Below are positions 1 to 9,850 of a stretch of 64,000 nt of DNA, one piece after another. Below the pieces are notes generated by a model. It did no database searches and was not told the origin of the DNA. It saw only the letters and a list, made by a program, of their open reading frames with translations. Position 1 is the first letter of the stretch; every line of letters begins with the position of its first letter. Origin of the DNA: Armatimonadota bacterium. GTDB lineage: Bacteria > Armatimonadota > SYMT01. A program made the position numbers and the translations under genes. The stretch is from NCBI GenBank assembly GCA_041690135.1, contig JAWLHY010000019.1, positions 32,001 through 96,000 of the forward strand, written 5' to 3'.

Positions 1-788
1 GGCACGTGGACCGCCTGCTGATAGCTGCCGGAAAGCCGGCCGGCAATCACTTTCCGCATCCCCTGCAGGCGGGTTTCGCTGGCCGGGAGAAGCACGCGCT
101 TGCGACGCCCGGCCACGCGCCGCACGTCGTCCGCGGTGACCCGACCGGCGGGTCCGCTGCCCACCACGTCCTCCATCGAAACGCCCAGGTCGGCGGCGAT
201 CTTGGCGGCCAGCGGCGTAGGCTGCGGCTCACGGTCCGGCCCCTGCTTCTGGATGAACGCGAGGATGTCGCGCTCGACGATCATCCCCTCAAAGCCGGTG
301 CCGGGAACATCCAGCGCCTTCCAGGAGAGACCCGCCTCCAGGGCGGCTTCACGGGCGCGAGGCGAGACGCTGGGGAACGGTTCTCCGTTCGGAGCGATCT
401 CCGTCTCGGACTCGGTACTCCCGGTAGGCATGGTGGGAGCCGAAGGTGCGGCGGGAGTGAGGAGGGTGCCCAACTCCGGTTCGGTCGGAACCGGCGCGGT
501 TGCAGCGCCCGGCGACTGAAGCGTGGCCAGGATAGCGGAGATGTCCTCGTCGGCCGTCCCGATGATGGCGACCGGCGCCCCGATGGGAATAACGTCGCCC
601 TCATTGGCCAGACGCTTCCGAAGCACGCCGCTGTAGCCGGGTTCGACTTCCATGTCGATCTTGTCGGTCATCATCTCGACGATGCCCTCCCAGCTCTCTA
701 CCGCGTCGCCCTCCTGCTTCAGCCACTTCAGGATGGTCCCTTCGGTCATCGTCTGGCCCATCTTGGGCAGGTAAAAGATCTCCGCCAT
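1..788 (-). CDS. Dihydrolipoamide acyltransferase (E2 of a 2-oxoacid dehydrogenase complex), 5' part; runs off the window
   Basis: Manual translation from ATG at 788: MAEIFYLPKMGQTMTEGTILKWLKQEGD...MTDKIDMEV (lipoyl domain with DK lysine), then a Pro/Ala linker and E3-binding-like SPRARE...GSGPGGRITRDDV. Absent from the ORF track because it has no stop in the window. Confidence 0.9.
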   Translation of the reverse strand, partial: MAEIFYLPKMGQTMTEGTILKWLKQEGDAVESWEGIVEMMTDKIDMEVEPGYSGVLRKRLANEGDVIPIGAPVAIIGTADEDISAILATLQSPGAATAPVPTEPELGTLLTPAAPSAPTMPTGSTESETEIAPNGEPFPSVSPRAREAALEAGLSWKALDVPGTGFEGMIVERDILAFIQKQGPDREPQPTPLAAKIAADLGVSMEDVVGSGPAGRVTADDVRRVAGRRKRVLLPASETRLQGMRKVIAGRLSGSYQQAVHV

Positions 789-1089
789 CGTCCGCTCGAC
801 CCTCGCTGTTCTGCTTCTATCCGGCGCTAAAGTGGTATCTCAACGGGCACCCCGGCGGCCACTCCGCCGCTCGACTCCGGGTAGTCCCTATACCGCGGTT
901 CCCCATCGCGCTGCCCGGCTCCTCCACGGGTTGCCGGGTCTACGCGTGCTCCATAGGCAGGCCCATCGACCGGCTCCGGGAATGTTTGTCGTGTCGCGTT
1001 TAACGGGGTAATGCTGAGACGGTGTTGTCTGGACATCGAACCGCCGCGTACACTGGCGTGACCCGGACAACAGGCAAGCACACGCGACC

Positions 1090-2721
1090 ATGCTTCGACC
1101 GAAATTCATCCTTCCATTGGCGGCTCTCCTGGCGTTGATCGGTCTGATCGTCGTGCAAATGCAGCCGCCGACCGTCCGCATGGCAACGGCGGAGACGGGA
1201 CGGGTAGTCGACGTCGTCTATGCCACGGGCAACGTTCGTCCGGATACTGAGACCAAGGTAGCGGCCGAAGTGGCGGGCCGGATCGTGGAGCTCCTCGCGG
1301 ACGAGGGAGACCGGGTGCGATTCGGACAGGTGGTGGCCCGCCTGGACGATACGGAAGCGAGGATCCGGCTTCGGGAGGCGGAGAACCGCCTGGAGACGGT
1401 GCGCGCCCGCGTGCGCCAGGCCGAGGCGCCGACGGACCCGTACAACATCCAGCAACTGGAAGCCCAACTCCGGGCCGCCGTGGCGAGGGCGCGCGCCGCG
1501 GAAGAGCGCGTTGGAGCGGCAGGGGACCGAATCGAGACTGCGCGCAGCAGTGCTCGCGCCGTAGGGACGACCGTTGAAGGTGCGCAGGCGAAAGCTCGCG
1601 CCATGCGGAGCGCCGCCACTGCGGCCCAGAACGAGATTGACGCTGCCCGTCAGCGCGCCGAAGCCGCCGCCTCGGATGTAAACCAGGCCCGGGCCAACCT
1701 GGAAGCGGCTCGTGACCTGTACCGGAGGCGGGCACAGCTCCTGCGGGAGGGGGCGATCGCAGAGCGCATGGTTACCGAGGCGCGGACCGCAATGAATGCC
1801 GCGGAGGCCGCGGTGAAAGCCGCGCAAAACCGGCAGCAGGCCGCGGAGCAAACGGTCCAGACGGCGCGGGCCAACGCCGCTGCGGCGCAGGCGCAGTATG
1901 AAGATGCCATGGCGGCAATCGAGACGGCACGGGCCAACACCGCCGCGGCCCAGTCCCAGGTCCAGGAAGCAGCCAGCGGCGTCTCGGAACTGGACCGCCA
2001 GGTAGAAGCCGCTCAACAGGAGGTAGAAGCGATCCGGAGCCAGCTCGAACAGGCGCGCCGAGGTCAGCGGAGTGTGGACATCGAACCGATCCGGACGGAG
2101 CTCCGCACGGCAGAGTCGGCGGTCGCCCAGGCGCGGCAGGACCTGGTTCAGTTTACCATTACGGCACCGGTCGCGGGCCGCGTCACGGAACGGCCCGTCG
2201 ATCCGGGGGATTACGTCGCCTCGGGCAACCGGGTCATGACCATCGCGAACGAAGACCGGGTCTACGTGCGTGCCGACGTCGACGAAGCAGATATCGCCCA
2301 GGTGCGAGTCGGGGCGGAGGCGCGCTTCCAGGTAGATGCCCGGCCCGAAGTGACCTACACCGGCCGCGTCGCCCGGATCGGGGACGCCGCGGACCCGAGC
2401 ACCAAGACTTACCCCGTGGAGATTCGCAGGCTTTCGACGACCCAGGGTCTGCGCATCGGCATGACGGCGGACGTCAACATCCAGGGGCGGGTCACTCCGG
2501 ACGCGGTGCTGGTACCGACCTCGGCGCTCCAGACCGAAGAAGAGCGGATCGTCGTCTGGACGGTCGACGCGGAGGGGCGCGTCCACAAGCGCCCGGTCCG
2601 GATCAAGGCGCAGGATGCGAACACGGCGCAGATCGTTTCCGGATTGATCCCTGGGGAACGAGTGGTATTGAACCCGAGCGGGAAGCTCCAGGAAGGGCGG
2701 CGCGTCCGCGTCGAGCGGTAG
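1090..2721 (+). CDS. Efflux periplasmic adaptor (MacA/HlyD-like membrane fusion protein) with very long Ala-rich coiled coil
   Basis: N-terminal TM; VAAEVAGRIVELLADEGDRV and ITAPVAGRV lipoyl halves; ADVDEADIAQV beta-barrel; LVPTSAL. Confidence 0.9.
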   Translation: MLRPKFILPLAALLALIGLIVVQMQPPTVRMATAETGRVVDVVYATGNVRPDTETKVAAEVAGRIVELLADEGDRVRFGQVVARLDDTEARIRLREAENRLETVRARVRQAEAPTDPYNIQQLEAQLRAAVARARAAEERVGAAGDRIETARSSARAVGTTVEGAQAKARAMRSAATAAQNEIDAARQRAEAAASDVNQARANLEAARDLYRRRAQLLREGAIAERMVTEARTAMNAAEAAVKAAQNRQQAAEQTVQTARANAAAAQAQYEDAMAAIETARANTAAAQSQVQEAASGVSELDRQVEAAQQEVEAIRSQLEQARRGQRSVDIEPIRTELRTAESAVAQARQDLVQFTITAPVAGRVTERPVDPGDYVASGNRVMTIANEDRVYVRADVDEADIAQVRVGAEARFQVDARPEVTYTGRVARIGDAADPSTKTYPVEIRRLSTTQGLRIGMTADVNIQGRVTPDAVLVPTSALQTEEERIVVWTVDAEGRVHKRPVRIKAQDANTAQIVSGLIPGERVVLNPSGKLQEGRRVRVER

Positions 2722-2726
2722 TCACC

Positions 2727-4007
2727 ATGGGGATCGTGTTTTCGATTGCGGTTCGTTACCTCTTCGGTCGGGTGCGACAGAGCCTCCTGACGGTAGGAGG
2801 AATTGTGATCGGGGTGCTGGCCCTCACGGTAATCCAGGCGATGATGGGCGGCTTCCGCGCCAATTTCGTTGATAGCATGCTGGGAGCCTCGCCTCACATC
2901 ACCGTCCGCCGGAAGTCGATCCAGGCCTTCGATCCGGCCTCCCCCACCCGCGACGCGCTGCGGCGGCTGCAGGACCCGTTCATCGTACAGCTATCCCGCC
3001 CGCCCTTACCGGACGAGGAAGAAGAGATCCGCAGTCCCTCAACGGTAGAAGAAGCGATCCGGCAAGTACCCGGCGTGACCGTTACGGCTCCCATGGTCGG
3101 GGGCCAGGTGCTCTTCGGATTTTCCGGTAACTGGGAGCCCGTAAGCCTGAACGGAATACTCCCCTCGCGCCAGGCCCGGCTTCTCGACTTCGCGAGCAAG
3201 GTGATTGAAGGGAATCCGGAGGACCTGGAACGGAACCAGTCCGGCGTGATCCTCGGGCGGATCCTGGCGGAACGGATGCGCGTGGGTGTCGGCGACCGGG
3301 TCACGGCCCGCGCGGAAGACGGAGCGCTCACCAGTCTCCGGATCGTGGGCCTTTATGCGTCCGGCATTTACGACGTCGACAACTCCACCGCCTATGTCAA
3401 CCTGCGGCGCGGGCAATCGCTGCTCGGCCTGGGCAGCACGGTCAACACCATCGGCGTGCGCACCACGGATTACGAAGCCGCCGACGAGACCGCGCGCCGG
3501 ATCGAGTACGCAATCGGGATGGAGGCCGAGAGCTGGATGGAGGCGAGCGCGAATAACCTGGGTCTCCTCCGGATGATTACCACCGTGATGTATCTCGTGA
3601 CGTTCTTCACGATGACGGTGGCCGGCTTCGGGATCGCGGGGAATCTGGTGACCACGGTCAGCGAGAAGACGTTCGATATCGGCGTGCTTAAGGCGATGGG
3701 GATGAAGTCGCGCGAAATCAGCCTGGTTTTTCTCACGCTGGCGCTACTGATGGTGATCATCGGGCTGGGCCTGGGGCTGGTGCTTTCTTACTTCGCGGTG
3801 GAAGGAATTTCTCGCATCCCCAGTGCTTCCCGTGAGGTCCCCGGCGCGATTGTGTCGAGTTCCACCTTCCCGATGATGAAGTCCACCAGTATGTACGTGA
3901 TCTCGGCCGGGTTCGCCCTCGTAATCGGGATGGCGGCCGGTTTCTCGCCGGCGGTGCGGGCGGCGCGCCTCGAACCCCTGAACATCATCAGGAACGCGGC
4001 CGGATGA
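2727..4007 (+). CDS. ABC transporter permease, FtsX/MacB/LolC-like
   Basis: TM1, periplasmic domain, EKTFDIGVLKAMG motif, C-terminal PAVRAARLEP. Confidence 0.9.
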   Translation: MGIVFSIAVRYLFGRVRQSLLTVGGIVIGVLALTVIQAMMGGFRANFVDSMLGASPHITVRRKSIQAFDPASPTRDALRRLQDPFIVQLSRPPLPDEEEEIRSPSTVEEAIRQVPGVTVTAPMVGGQVLFGFSGNWEPVSLNGILPSRQARLLDFASKVIEGNPEDLERNQSGVILGRILAERMRVGVGDRVTARAEDGALTSLRIVGLYASGIYDVDNSTAYVNLRRGQSLLGLGSTVNTIGVRTTDYEAADETARRIEYAIGMEAESWMEASANNLGLLRMITTVMYLVTFFTMTVAGFGIAGNLVTTVSEKTFDIGVLKAMGMKSREISLVFLTLALLMVIIGLGLGLVLSYFAVEGISRIPSASREVPGAIVSSSTFPMMKSTSMYVISAGFALVIGMAAGFSPAVRAARLEPLNIIRNAAG

Positions 4008-5263
4008 AGGGACTGCGCTTTACCCTCTTCGTGGCGCTGCGACACATCCGCATGCGCGTACGGTCGACACTGCTGATCCTTCTCGGGGTGAGCCTGGGTG
4101 TGTTCGTGATGGTGGTGATGCAGTCGATGATGTTCGGCTTCCAGGCCGAGTTCATGCGAATTCTACTGACGACCACACCCAGCATCCTGGTGAAGGGCCG
4201 CGAGCGCGGAACCATCAGCGAGGGGCGCATCTACACCAGCCGGCCGGGAACCCTTTACGACCAGACCCGCCTGAAGCCGATCGAGAAGGAAGAAGGGATC
4301 CGGGCCTACCGCACCTTGAGTCGTGAGATCGAGGCGATACCCGGCGTGCAGGCCGTAGCCCCCATCGTGCAGGGGCGGGCCATTCTCCGCTACGGGACCC
4401 GGGACCGCGGCGCGAACGTCATTGGGGTGGATGCTCCGGATTACGACCGGGTGGTAGAGTTCCGCTCCAAGGTCATCGGCGACGTCGACGAGCTGATCCG
4501 CCGGCGTGACGGGGTGATCCTGGGAGTCTTCCTCGCGGAGGAGTTGGGGGCCGTTCCCGGTACGCGGATCCGGATGATCGGGGTGGAAGGACAGGAAGCC
4601 GACCTGCGGATCGTGGCGCTGTTCCGGAGCGGGATCACCGCCATCGACAAGACCTACGCCTTCGTCAACCTGCCGATGGGGCAGTCGATCCTGGACTACC
4701 CAACGGCGGCAACGGGCATCGCCGTGAAGGTGAGCGACCCTGACCGCGCCACTCCGATCGCCCGCCGGGTGGAGTTCGTCACCGGGCTCGAGAGCCAGAG
4801 TTGGCAGGAAATCAACGCGGTGTTCTTTGGGATCATGCGGCAACAGAACGTGATCACCTTCGGCGCCGTGGCCATGACGATCCTGGTTGCCGGGTTCGGG
4901 GTGGCGAACGGACTGGTGACCGTGGTGCTGGAGAAGCGCCGCGACATCGGCATCCTCCGGTCCCTGGGCGTCACGGCGCGCGGCGTGGCGGCGATCTTCA
5001 CGGTGGAGGGCATTATCATCGGTATTCTGGGAGCCATCGTGGGCGTGGCGCTGGGGGCCGTGTGGGTGGATATCATGGACGACCTCCCGATTGGCGGGCG
5101 CGGAGGGCTCTCTACCAGCGACACCTTCCTGATGCTCCGCGAGCCGGCGGTCTACATCCGCTCGATCGTCTTCGCCTTGATCGTGAGCACCGCTGCCAGT
5201 CTGGCCCCGGCGCTCCGGGCCGCGAAGTACGATCCCGTGGAAATCATCAGGACCGCGAAGTGA
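4004..5263 (+). CDS. ABC transporter permease, FtsX/MacB/LolE-like
   Basis: EKRRDIGILRSLG and PALRAAKYDPVEII; ATGA overlap with the previous gene. Confidence 0.9.
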   Translation: MKGLRFTLFVALRHIRMRVRSTLLILLGVSLGVFVMVVMQSMMFGFQAEFMRILLTTTPSILVKGRERGTISEGRIYTSRPGTLYDQTRLKPIEKEEGIRAYRTLSREIEAIPGVQAVAPIVQGRAILRYGTRDRGANVIGVDAPDYDRVVEFRSKVIGDVDELIRRRDGVILGVFLAEELGAVPGTRIRMIGVEGQEADLRIVALFRSGITAIDKTYAFVNLPMGQSILDYPTAATGIAVKVSDPDRATPIARRVEFVTGLESQSWQEINAVFFGIMRQQNVITFGAVAMTILVAGFGVANGLVTVVLEKRRDIGILRSLGVTARGVAAIFTVEGIIIGILGAIVGVALGAVWVDIMDDLPIGGRGGLSTSDTFLMLREPAVYIRSIVFALIVSTAASLAPALRAAKYDPVEIIRTAK

Positions 5264-5982
5264 TGAGCGAACCCGTGCTGGAAGCGAGCGTCCTTGCGGC
5301 GCGGGACCTGAAGAAGGTCTTCGACGAGCAGGTTCCGGTGGAGGTGCTGAAGGGGATCACCCTGGATTTTCCGCGCGGGCAGTTCGCCTCGATCGTGGGA
5401 CCGAGCGGCAGCGGCAAGAGCACGCTCCTCTACATCCTGGGAGCCCTGGACCGTCCCACCTCCGGTTCGTTGAGTATCGGAGGGCGGGTCGTGGATACGA
5501 TGACGCAGAACCAGTTGGCAGACTTGCGGAACGAGATGATCGGCTTCGTCTTCCAGTTCCACTTCCTCCTGCCGGAGTTCACGGCTCTGGAGAACGCCAT
5601 CATGCCCGCGTTGATCGGGGGAACTCGCCGGGAGGACGTGGAATCCCGCGGCCTGGAGTTGCTCGACCGGGTGGGCCTGAAGCACAAGGCCCAGCAGCGC
5701 AGCACCAAACTCTCCGGCGGCGAGCAGCAGCGCGTGGCCATTGCCCGTGCGTTGATCAACCGGCCGGCCCTTGTGCTCTGTGACGAGCCGACCGGCAACC
5801 TGGATACCCGCAACAGCGAGGCCGTTTACCGCCTCTTCCGGGAACTGAACCAGGAAAACCGCCAGACCATCATCGTAGTAACGCACGACCCGGACTTTGC
5901 CGGCCGCACGGACCGTACGGTCCGCCTCGTGGACGGTCTGGTGGACCAGGATCAGCTCAATGAAGTCCCTCCGGGTGGGTAG
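5263..5982 (+). CDS. ABC transporter ATP-binding protein (LolD/MacB-type)
   Basis: Walker [10 protein letters not shown], signature [16 protein letters not shown]; start moved to the TGATG overlap at 5263. Confidence 0.93.
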   Translation: MSEPVLEASVLAARDLKKVFDEQVPVEVLKGITLDFPRGQFASIVGPSGSGKSTLLYILGALDRPTSGSLSIGGRVVDTMTQNQLADLRNEMIGFVFQFHFLLPEFTALENAIMPALIGGTRREDVESRGLELLDRVGLKHKAQQRSTKLSGGEQQRVAIARALINRPALVLCDEPTGNLDTRNSEAVYRLFRELNQENRQTIIVVTHDPDFAGRTDRTVRLVDGLVDQDQLNEVPPGG

Positions 5983-8655
5983 TCACCGCGAGAACTCGGC
6001 CAGGAAGGCGTCGGTCAGTTCCGACTCGTCGCCTTCCAGTTTACCCCCCTCCATATCGGTGACATAGAAGGCGTCGCGAGCCCGGTCGCCCTGAGTGGTG
6101 ATGCGCGCGCTGTGGATATCCCACCCCAGGCGCGCCATCGCCCGCGTAATGCGGTACAGCAGTCCCGGCTGGTCGTTCGCCCGGATATCGATGACCGTGT
6201 GGCTCTCCGCGATCTCATTGTTAAAACGGACGCGACTGGGTGGAATCGCCGGAGGAAGCTGCTTGCGGTGCTGGATGATGATCTGCTCCACGTCCCCTCC
6301 TTTGAGCGCGGCTATCAGATCTTGCTCCAGCTCCAGGCGTTTGAATGTGGGTATGGCGCGGCCGTGGTAGTCGGCGAAGAGGGTGTCGAGCGCGATACCG
6401 GGGTCTCCCTCCCGGGTGAACACCTGTGCTGAATAGACTGCGACCTCATGGGCATAGAGCACTCCGGCGATCTCACTGAGCAGGCCCGGCTCCGGGCGCT
6501 CCTCGGTGCAGATGTGGACGGTGGTGACCTCGCTGCCGAATTCGTTATCGAAGTCGACCACCGGGCCGTTGGCCCGGTGCGCTTCGACCATGCGGATGTG
6601 CGTCGCGATCTGTTCGGGGCGTGTGTTCAGCAGGTACGAGACCGGCATCCCCTCTGTGTGTTCTCGGATCTGCTCTGGGGTCAGGTTGGCCGCGGCCAAC
6701 TGACGTGAGAGCCGGGTCTGGAACCGGCGCGCCCGGTCCGGTGTGAACTCCTGCTGCTGAGGCGCGGCGCCGCTGAGGACCGGCTCCGCGCGATAGTAGA
6801 GATCCTCCAGGAAGCGGATTTTCACCGGACTGATCACCCCGGTAGCCTCCATGTCCGCATAGGTCAACAGCAGGAGCATGTTGAGCAGGTCGACCGAGTC
6901 GATGATCTGGGTGAAGTCCTGGATGGTCTTGTCCAGGGTGACGTCCCGGAGCTGCGCCGTGTCGGACATCAGCAGGTGATGCCGGACCAGAGTTTCCACC
7001 CGCTGCGTCTGGACAGGGTCTAACCGGAGCCGCTGACAGATCGCCCGCGCCATCCGCGCTCCAGCCTCCGAGTGGTCTCCCGGGGGGGCCACTTTGCCGA
7101 CATCGTGGAGTAGGCAGGCCAGGAAGAGGAGCTCTGGGGCCTCTACTTCCGACCACACCCGGCGGAAGTCCGCCAGCCGTTCGTCCGGGGTGGTGCGGAG
7201 GCTTTCCAGACTGCGGACCGCCAGCAATGAGTGGAACCCGATGGTATGGCGGTGGATCTGGTCGAACGGCACGCGCTGGTAGGCGGTCCCCAATTCCGGG
7301 ATCAGCCGTTGTAGGACGCCCAACTCCGCCAGCAGCGCCAGCGTGTCGTAAACGCCAGGCCGTGAGGTCACGACGTGGTCTACATAACGAGGCGGCTCCG
7401 GGGACGCCGGCGCGCGCAGGAGCCCCATAAAGTCGTCCGCCGCCTCGGTGTCGGTGGAGAGGTCCGGGCAGTGATCCAAGTGCTCCGCAATCATCCGGCG
7501 CAGGTCGTGGCCGGGGACCAGGCCATGGGACTGATAATGCTGGCCCAGGGTGACCAGGAACTGCGGCGTGGCGACCTTGACCCATGGGAAGGCGGGATGG
7601 AGCTCGTTTCCGGAACTCACCAACTCATCAGACAGGCTAAGGCGCTCGGAGAAGCAGCGATCGATAACGAAACGGGTTACCGTCTCCACCCGCGCAGCGT
7701 GCTCATAGTACTTTTCCATGAACCGCTCCACGCGAGAGGCGTGAGCATCATCCACGAACCGGAGCGCTTCCGCCAGCAATTCCTGGCGCTCTCGCACCAG
7801 GACCTCCGCCTTGCGGCCGGTGTGCCAGTGCATCCAGTTGCGGATGGTCAGCAGGAACTCGCGCGCGGCGGTGACTTGCTGCACATTTCGGCGAGAGACG
7901 GCTCCCAGGCGCTGGAGTTGGGTCCACACGTCGCCGCGGGTGGTGGGAAAGCAGGCGGCGGCCAGCCACTCCGCAAGGTGGAGGTCGCGCAGGCCTCCGG
8001 GGCCCTCCCGGACCTCCGGTTCAATCCGGTAAATCGTGCCGCCATGTTTTTCCATCAGAGCCCGGCGTTCGGAGACCTTCTGGCGGGCAAAGGCCGCGGG
8101 CCAGATATGGCGGAACACTTCCTGGATGAACTGCTGCGTCAGCCCGTGGCTCCCGGCGATCACCCGGGTGTCGAGAAGCGAGGTTTCGGTCTGGTGGTCG
8201 AGGTGACCCGCGTCACCCAGCGTGCGATAGGCGTAGCCTACTTTCAGCCCGACCTGCTGGGTGAAGGTCTCCATCAGCAGAAGGAACATCCGCCGTACGG
8301 TGGCATCAAGGTCGGGGTCCTCTTCTTCCGCGACGACGAACGTGACATCGATGTCCGAATACGGACAGAGCTCCCGGCGCCCATACCCCCCCGTCGCGGC
8401 CACGGCGATCTTGGGGCGCGTCGCCTCGCGCACGACGGGATCTTCCGGAAGAGAAATGGCAAGCATCCGCTGGATCACCTGGTCGGTTGCCTCCGCCAAT
8501 GCCCGGCAAGCTCTCGTTCCCTGTGGACTGCGCTGGTTCGCCTCCCGCAGCCGCTGGCGTTCGTTAACCAGGAGGCGCCCCAGGCTTTCAGCATCCAGCG
8601 CGGCGGCAAGTTGGGAGCGGAAGGAAGCGGATTTCGGGGGCACGGGTTCGGGCAT
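5983..8655 (-). CDS. glnD: [Protein-PII] uridylyltransferase / uridylyl-removing enzyme
   Basis: ATGGYGRRELCPYSDID nucleotidyltransferase motif, GPGGLRD, HD domain LLHDVGK, two C-terminal ACT domains (DQPGLLYRIT). Confidence 0.93.
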   Translation of the reverse strand: MPEPVPPKSASFRSQLAAALDAESLGRLLVNERQRLREANQRSPQGTRACRALAEATDQVIQRMLAISLPEDPVVREATRPKIAVAATGGYGRRELCPYSDIDVTFVVAEEEDPDLDATVRRMFLLLMETFTQQVGLKVGYAYRTLGDAGHLDHQTETSLLDTRVIAGSHGLTQQFIQEVFRHIWPAAFARQKVSERRALMEKHGGTIYRIEPEVREGPGGLRDLHLAEWLAAACFPTTRGDVWTQLQRLGAVSRRNVQQVTAAREFLLTIRNWMHWHTGRKAEVLVRERQELLAEALRFVDDAHASRVERFMEKYYEHAARVETVTRFVIDRCFSERLSLSDELVSSGNELHPAFPWVKVATPQFLVTLGQHYQSHGLVPGHDLRRMIAEHLDHCPDLSTDTEAADDFMGLLRAPASPEPPRYVDHVVTSRPGVYDTLALLAELGVLQRLIPELGTAYQRVPFDQIHRHTIGFHSLLAVRSLESLRTTPDERLADFRRVWSEVEAPELLFLACLLHDVGKVAPPGDHSEAGARMARAICQRLRLDPVQTQRVETLVRHHLLMSDTAQLRDVTLDKTIQDFTQIIDSVDLLNMLLLLTYADMEATGVISPVKIRFLEDLYYRAEPVLSGAAPQQQEFTPDRARRFQTRLSRQLAAANLTPEQIREHTEGMPVSYLLNTRPEQIATHIRMVEAHRANGPVVDFDNEFGSEVTTVHICTEERPEPGLLSEIAGVLYAHEVAVYSAQVFTREGDPGIALDTLFADYHGRAIPTFKRLELEQDLIAALKGGDVEQIIIQHRKQLPPAIPPSRVRFNNEIAESHTVIDIRANDQPGLLYRITRAMARLGWDIHSARITTQGDRARDAFYVTDMEGGKLEGDESELTDAFLAEFSR

Positions 8656-8769
8656 TCCAAGGATCTCCGGGGGCCGCGGTGGTATTGTGCGACCTCATTT
8701 TATCTTGTAGCGCCAGACCACGCTTGGAGTGAAGCGGTTCTGGGTAAGGAGGAGCGGAGGGATGAGACG

Positions 8770-8991
8770 ATGGGCATGATCCGCTGGATGAGTACCGAAG
8801 GCGATACGCAGGTGGCCTGGGATGAGACCGATACCGCTTCGATGGAACGAGCGGAAGAAATGATCGAGCGTGCTTTCCGGGAAGGCCGCGGAGTCTTCTC
8901 GCTTGACGAAGACGGAGTGGGCACCCGCCTGAAGCGGTTTGATCCCTCCGCGCGCCAGATTGTGGTGATTCCTCAGATCAAAGGCGGTTAA
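8770..8991 (+). CDS. Small 73-aa hypothetical protein ending in -IPQIKGG (C-terminal diglycine)
   Basis: Purine-rich RBS (AAGGAGGAGCGGAGG) upstream of ATG 8770; it is the 3' tail of the spurious 7375..8991 ORF; stop lies 6 nt before the next gene. Confidence 0.8.
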   Translation: MGMIRWMSTEGDTQVAWDETDTASMERAEEMIERAFREGRGVFSLDEDGVGTRLKRFDPSARQIVVIPQIKGG

Positions 8992-8997
8992 CCGGGG

Positions 8998-9600
8998 ATG
9001 GCGCAGGCTCTTACGTCACCTACCGCGCGCGCGGAGCAGCTCCTCCGGGAAGTGATGGGACCGGCGAGGTTCGAGGCGCTTCGCACGATCGGCTTTGTCG
9101 ACCTTCCGTCCCGGGTCCACCCGGGACGTACCTACCGCCTGGACAATCTGGGAAACCTCTCCTATCGAGACCCGGGAGACGCGGGCTTCGACGTCTCGCT
9201 CTGCGTCCAACCAGATGAGAGCATTCCCCGTGATGACCAGATCGCCATGCGGTACCTGCTGGTGACCGCGGACGAGGAGCGGTTGCTCACCACGGCCAAC
9301 CCGGTGACATTCGGCTTTATGTCGCTGAGCCGGGCTCTATACCACGACTTCTCGCAGCGCTACCCAGCCTGGGTGGCCGCCTTGCTGACGCCGTTGGTGA
9401 TTCTGTTCTTCCTGGGCGCTACTCTGGCGGAACTTGCCGTGCTCGTGGGCCTAACGGGACTGGGAGCCCTGGCCGCCGCCGTGGTGTTTATTCTGCTACT
9501 GGTGCCCGCGCTGGTGGGGGCGGTGCTCGTCGCCGCGGCCTTTAGCGACCTTTCGCGGGGCTATCGGGTATTCCGGGCGCGGCGCCTGCTGAAGGCGTAG
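8998..9600 (+). CDS. Hypothetical protein: soluble N-terminal domain (single Cys in SLCVQP) plus C-terminal transmembrane helices
   Basis: 200-aa ORF coupled to the GG protein; hydrophobic stretches in the C-terminal third. Confidence 0.75.
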   Translation: MAQALTSPTARAEQLLREVMGPARFEALRTIGFVDLPSRVHPGRTYRLDNLGNLSYRDPGDAGFDVSLCVQPDESIPRDDQIAMRYLLVTADEERLLTTANPVTFGFMSLSRALYHDFSQRYPAWVAALLTPLVILFFLGATLAELAVLVGLTGLGALAAAVVFILLLVPALVGAVLVAAAFSDLSRGYRVFRARRLLKA

Positions 9601-9609
9601 GGTTGGAGG

Positions 9610-9820
9610 CGTAGCGTGGGTCCTCGGAGGTCTTCCACTGCCGGGCGAGACTCTCGCCCCACTGGACCCTTGCTCCCCCGCTTCCAGGTGCGTTAACACA
9701 CTGGTGATTGCCGTGACCGAGGCGACCTTACCCAACCGGACCCATGGGGGTTAGCTTTGCGATCAGGTTGGTTGACGTCCTTCACAGCCCCTTCCCCGGC
9801 TTTGCCAGCCACACTCTGAC
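9610..9820 (-). ncRNA. Candidate structured non-coding RNA of unknown family
   Basis: Several nested helices on the minus strand, some needing G-U wobbles (AGTGTGG/CCACGCT, GCTGTGA/TCACGGC, CCAACC/GGTTGG, GGGTCC/GGACCC, GGGCGAGA/TCTCGCCC); no convincing ORF. Confidence 0.4.
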
Positions 9821-9850
9821 CGTCCGAACGTTTACCCCCACATGGGGGCC

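Noticed and set aside
2727-5982. lolCDE lipoprotein release system
   Set aside because: Co-transcribed with a membrane fusion protein, which fits a MacAB-like exporter; gene symbols withheld.
7375-8769. N-terminal 465 aa of the 538-aa plus-strand ORF
   Set aside because: Antisense to glnD; only the last 73 codons, which follow a strong RBS, look like a real gene.
9610-9820. c-di-AMP (ydaO), c-di-GMP-I or cobalamin riboswitch
   Set aside because: Isolated motifs (CGGGGGA, GCTAACCCC, GCAAAGC, GAAGACCT) occur in the wrong order and no co-oriented gene follows; kept only as an unknown RNA candidate.
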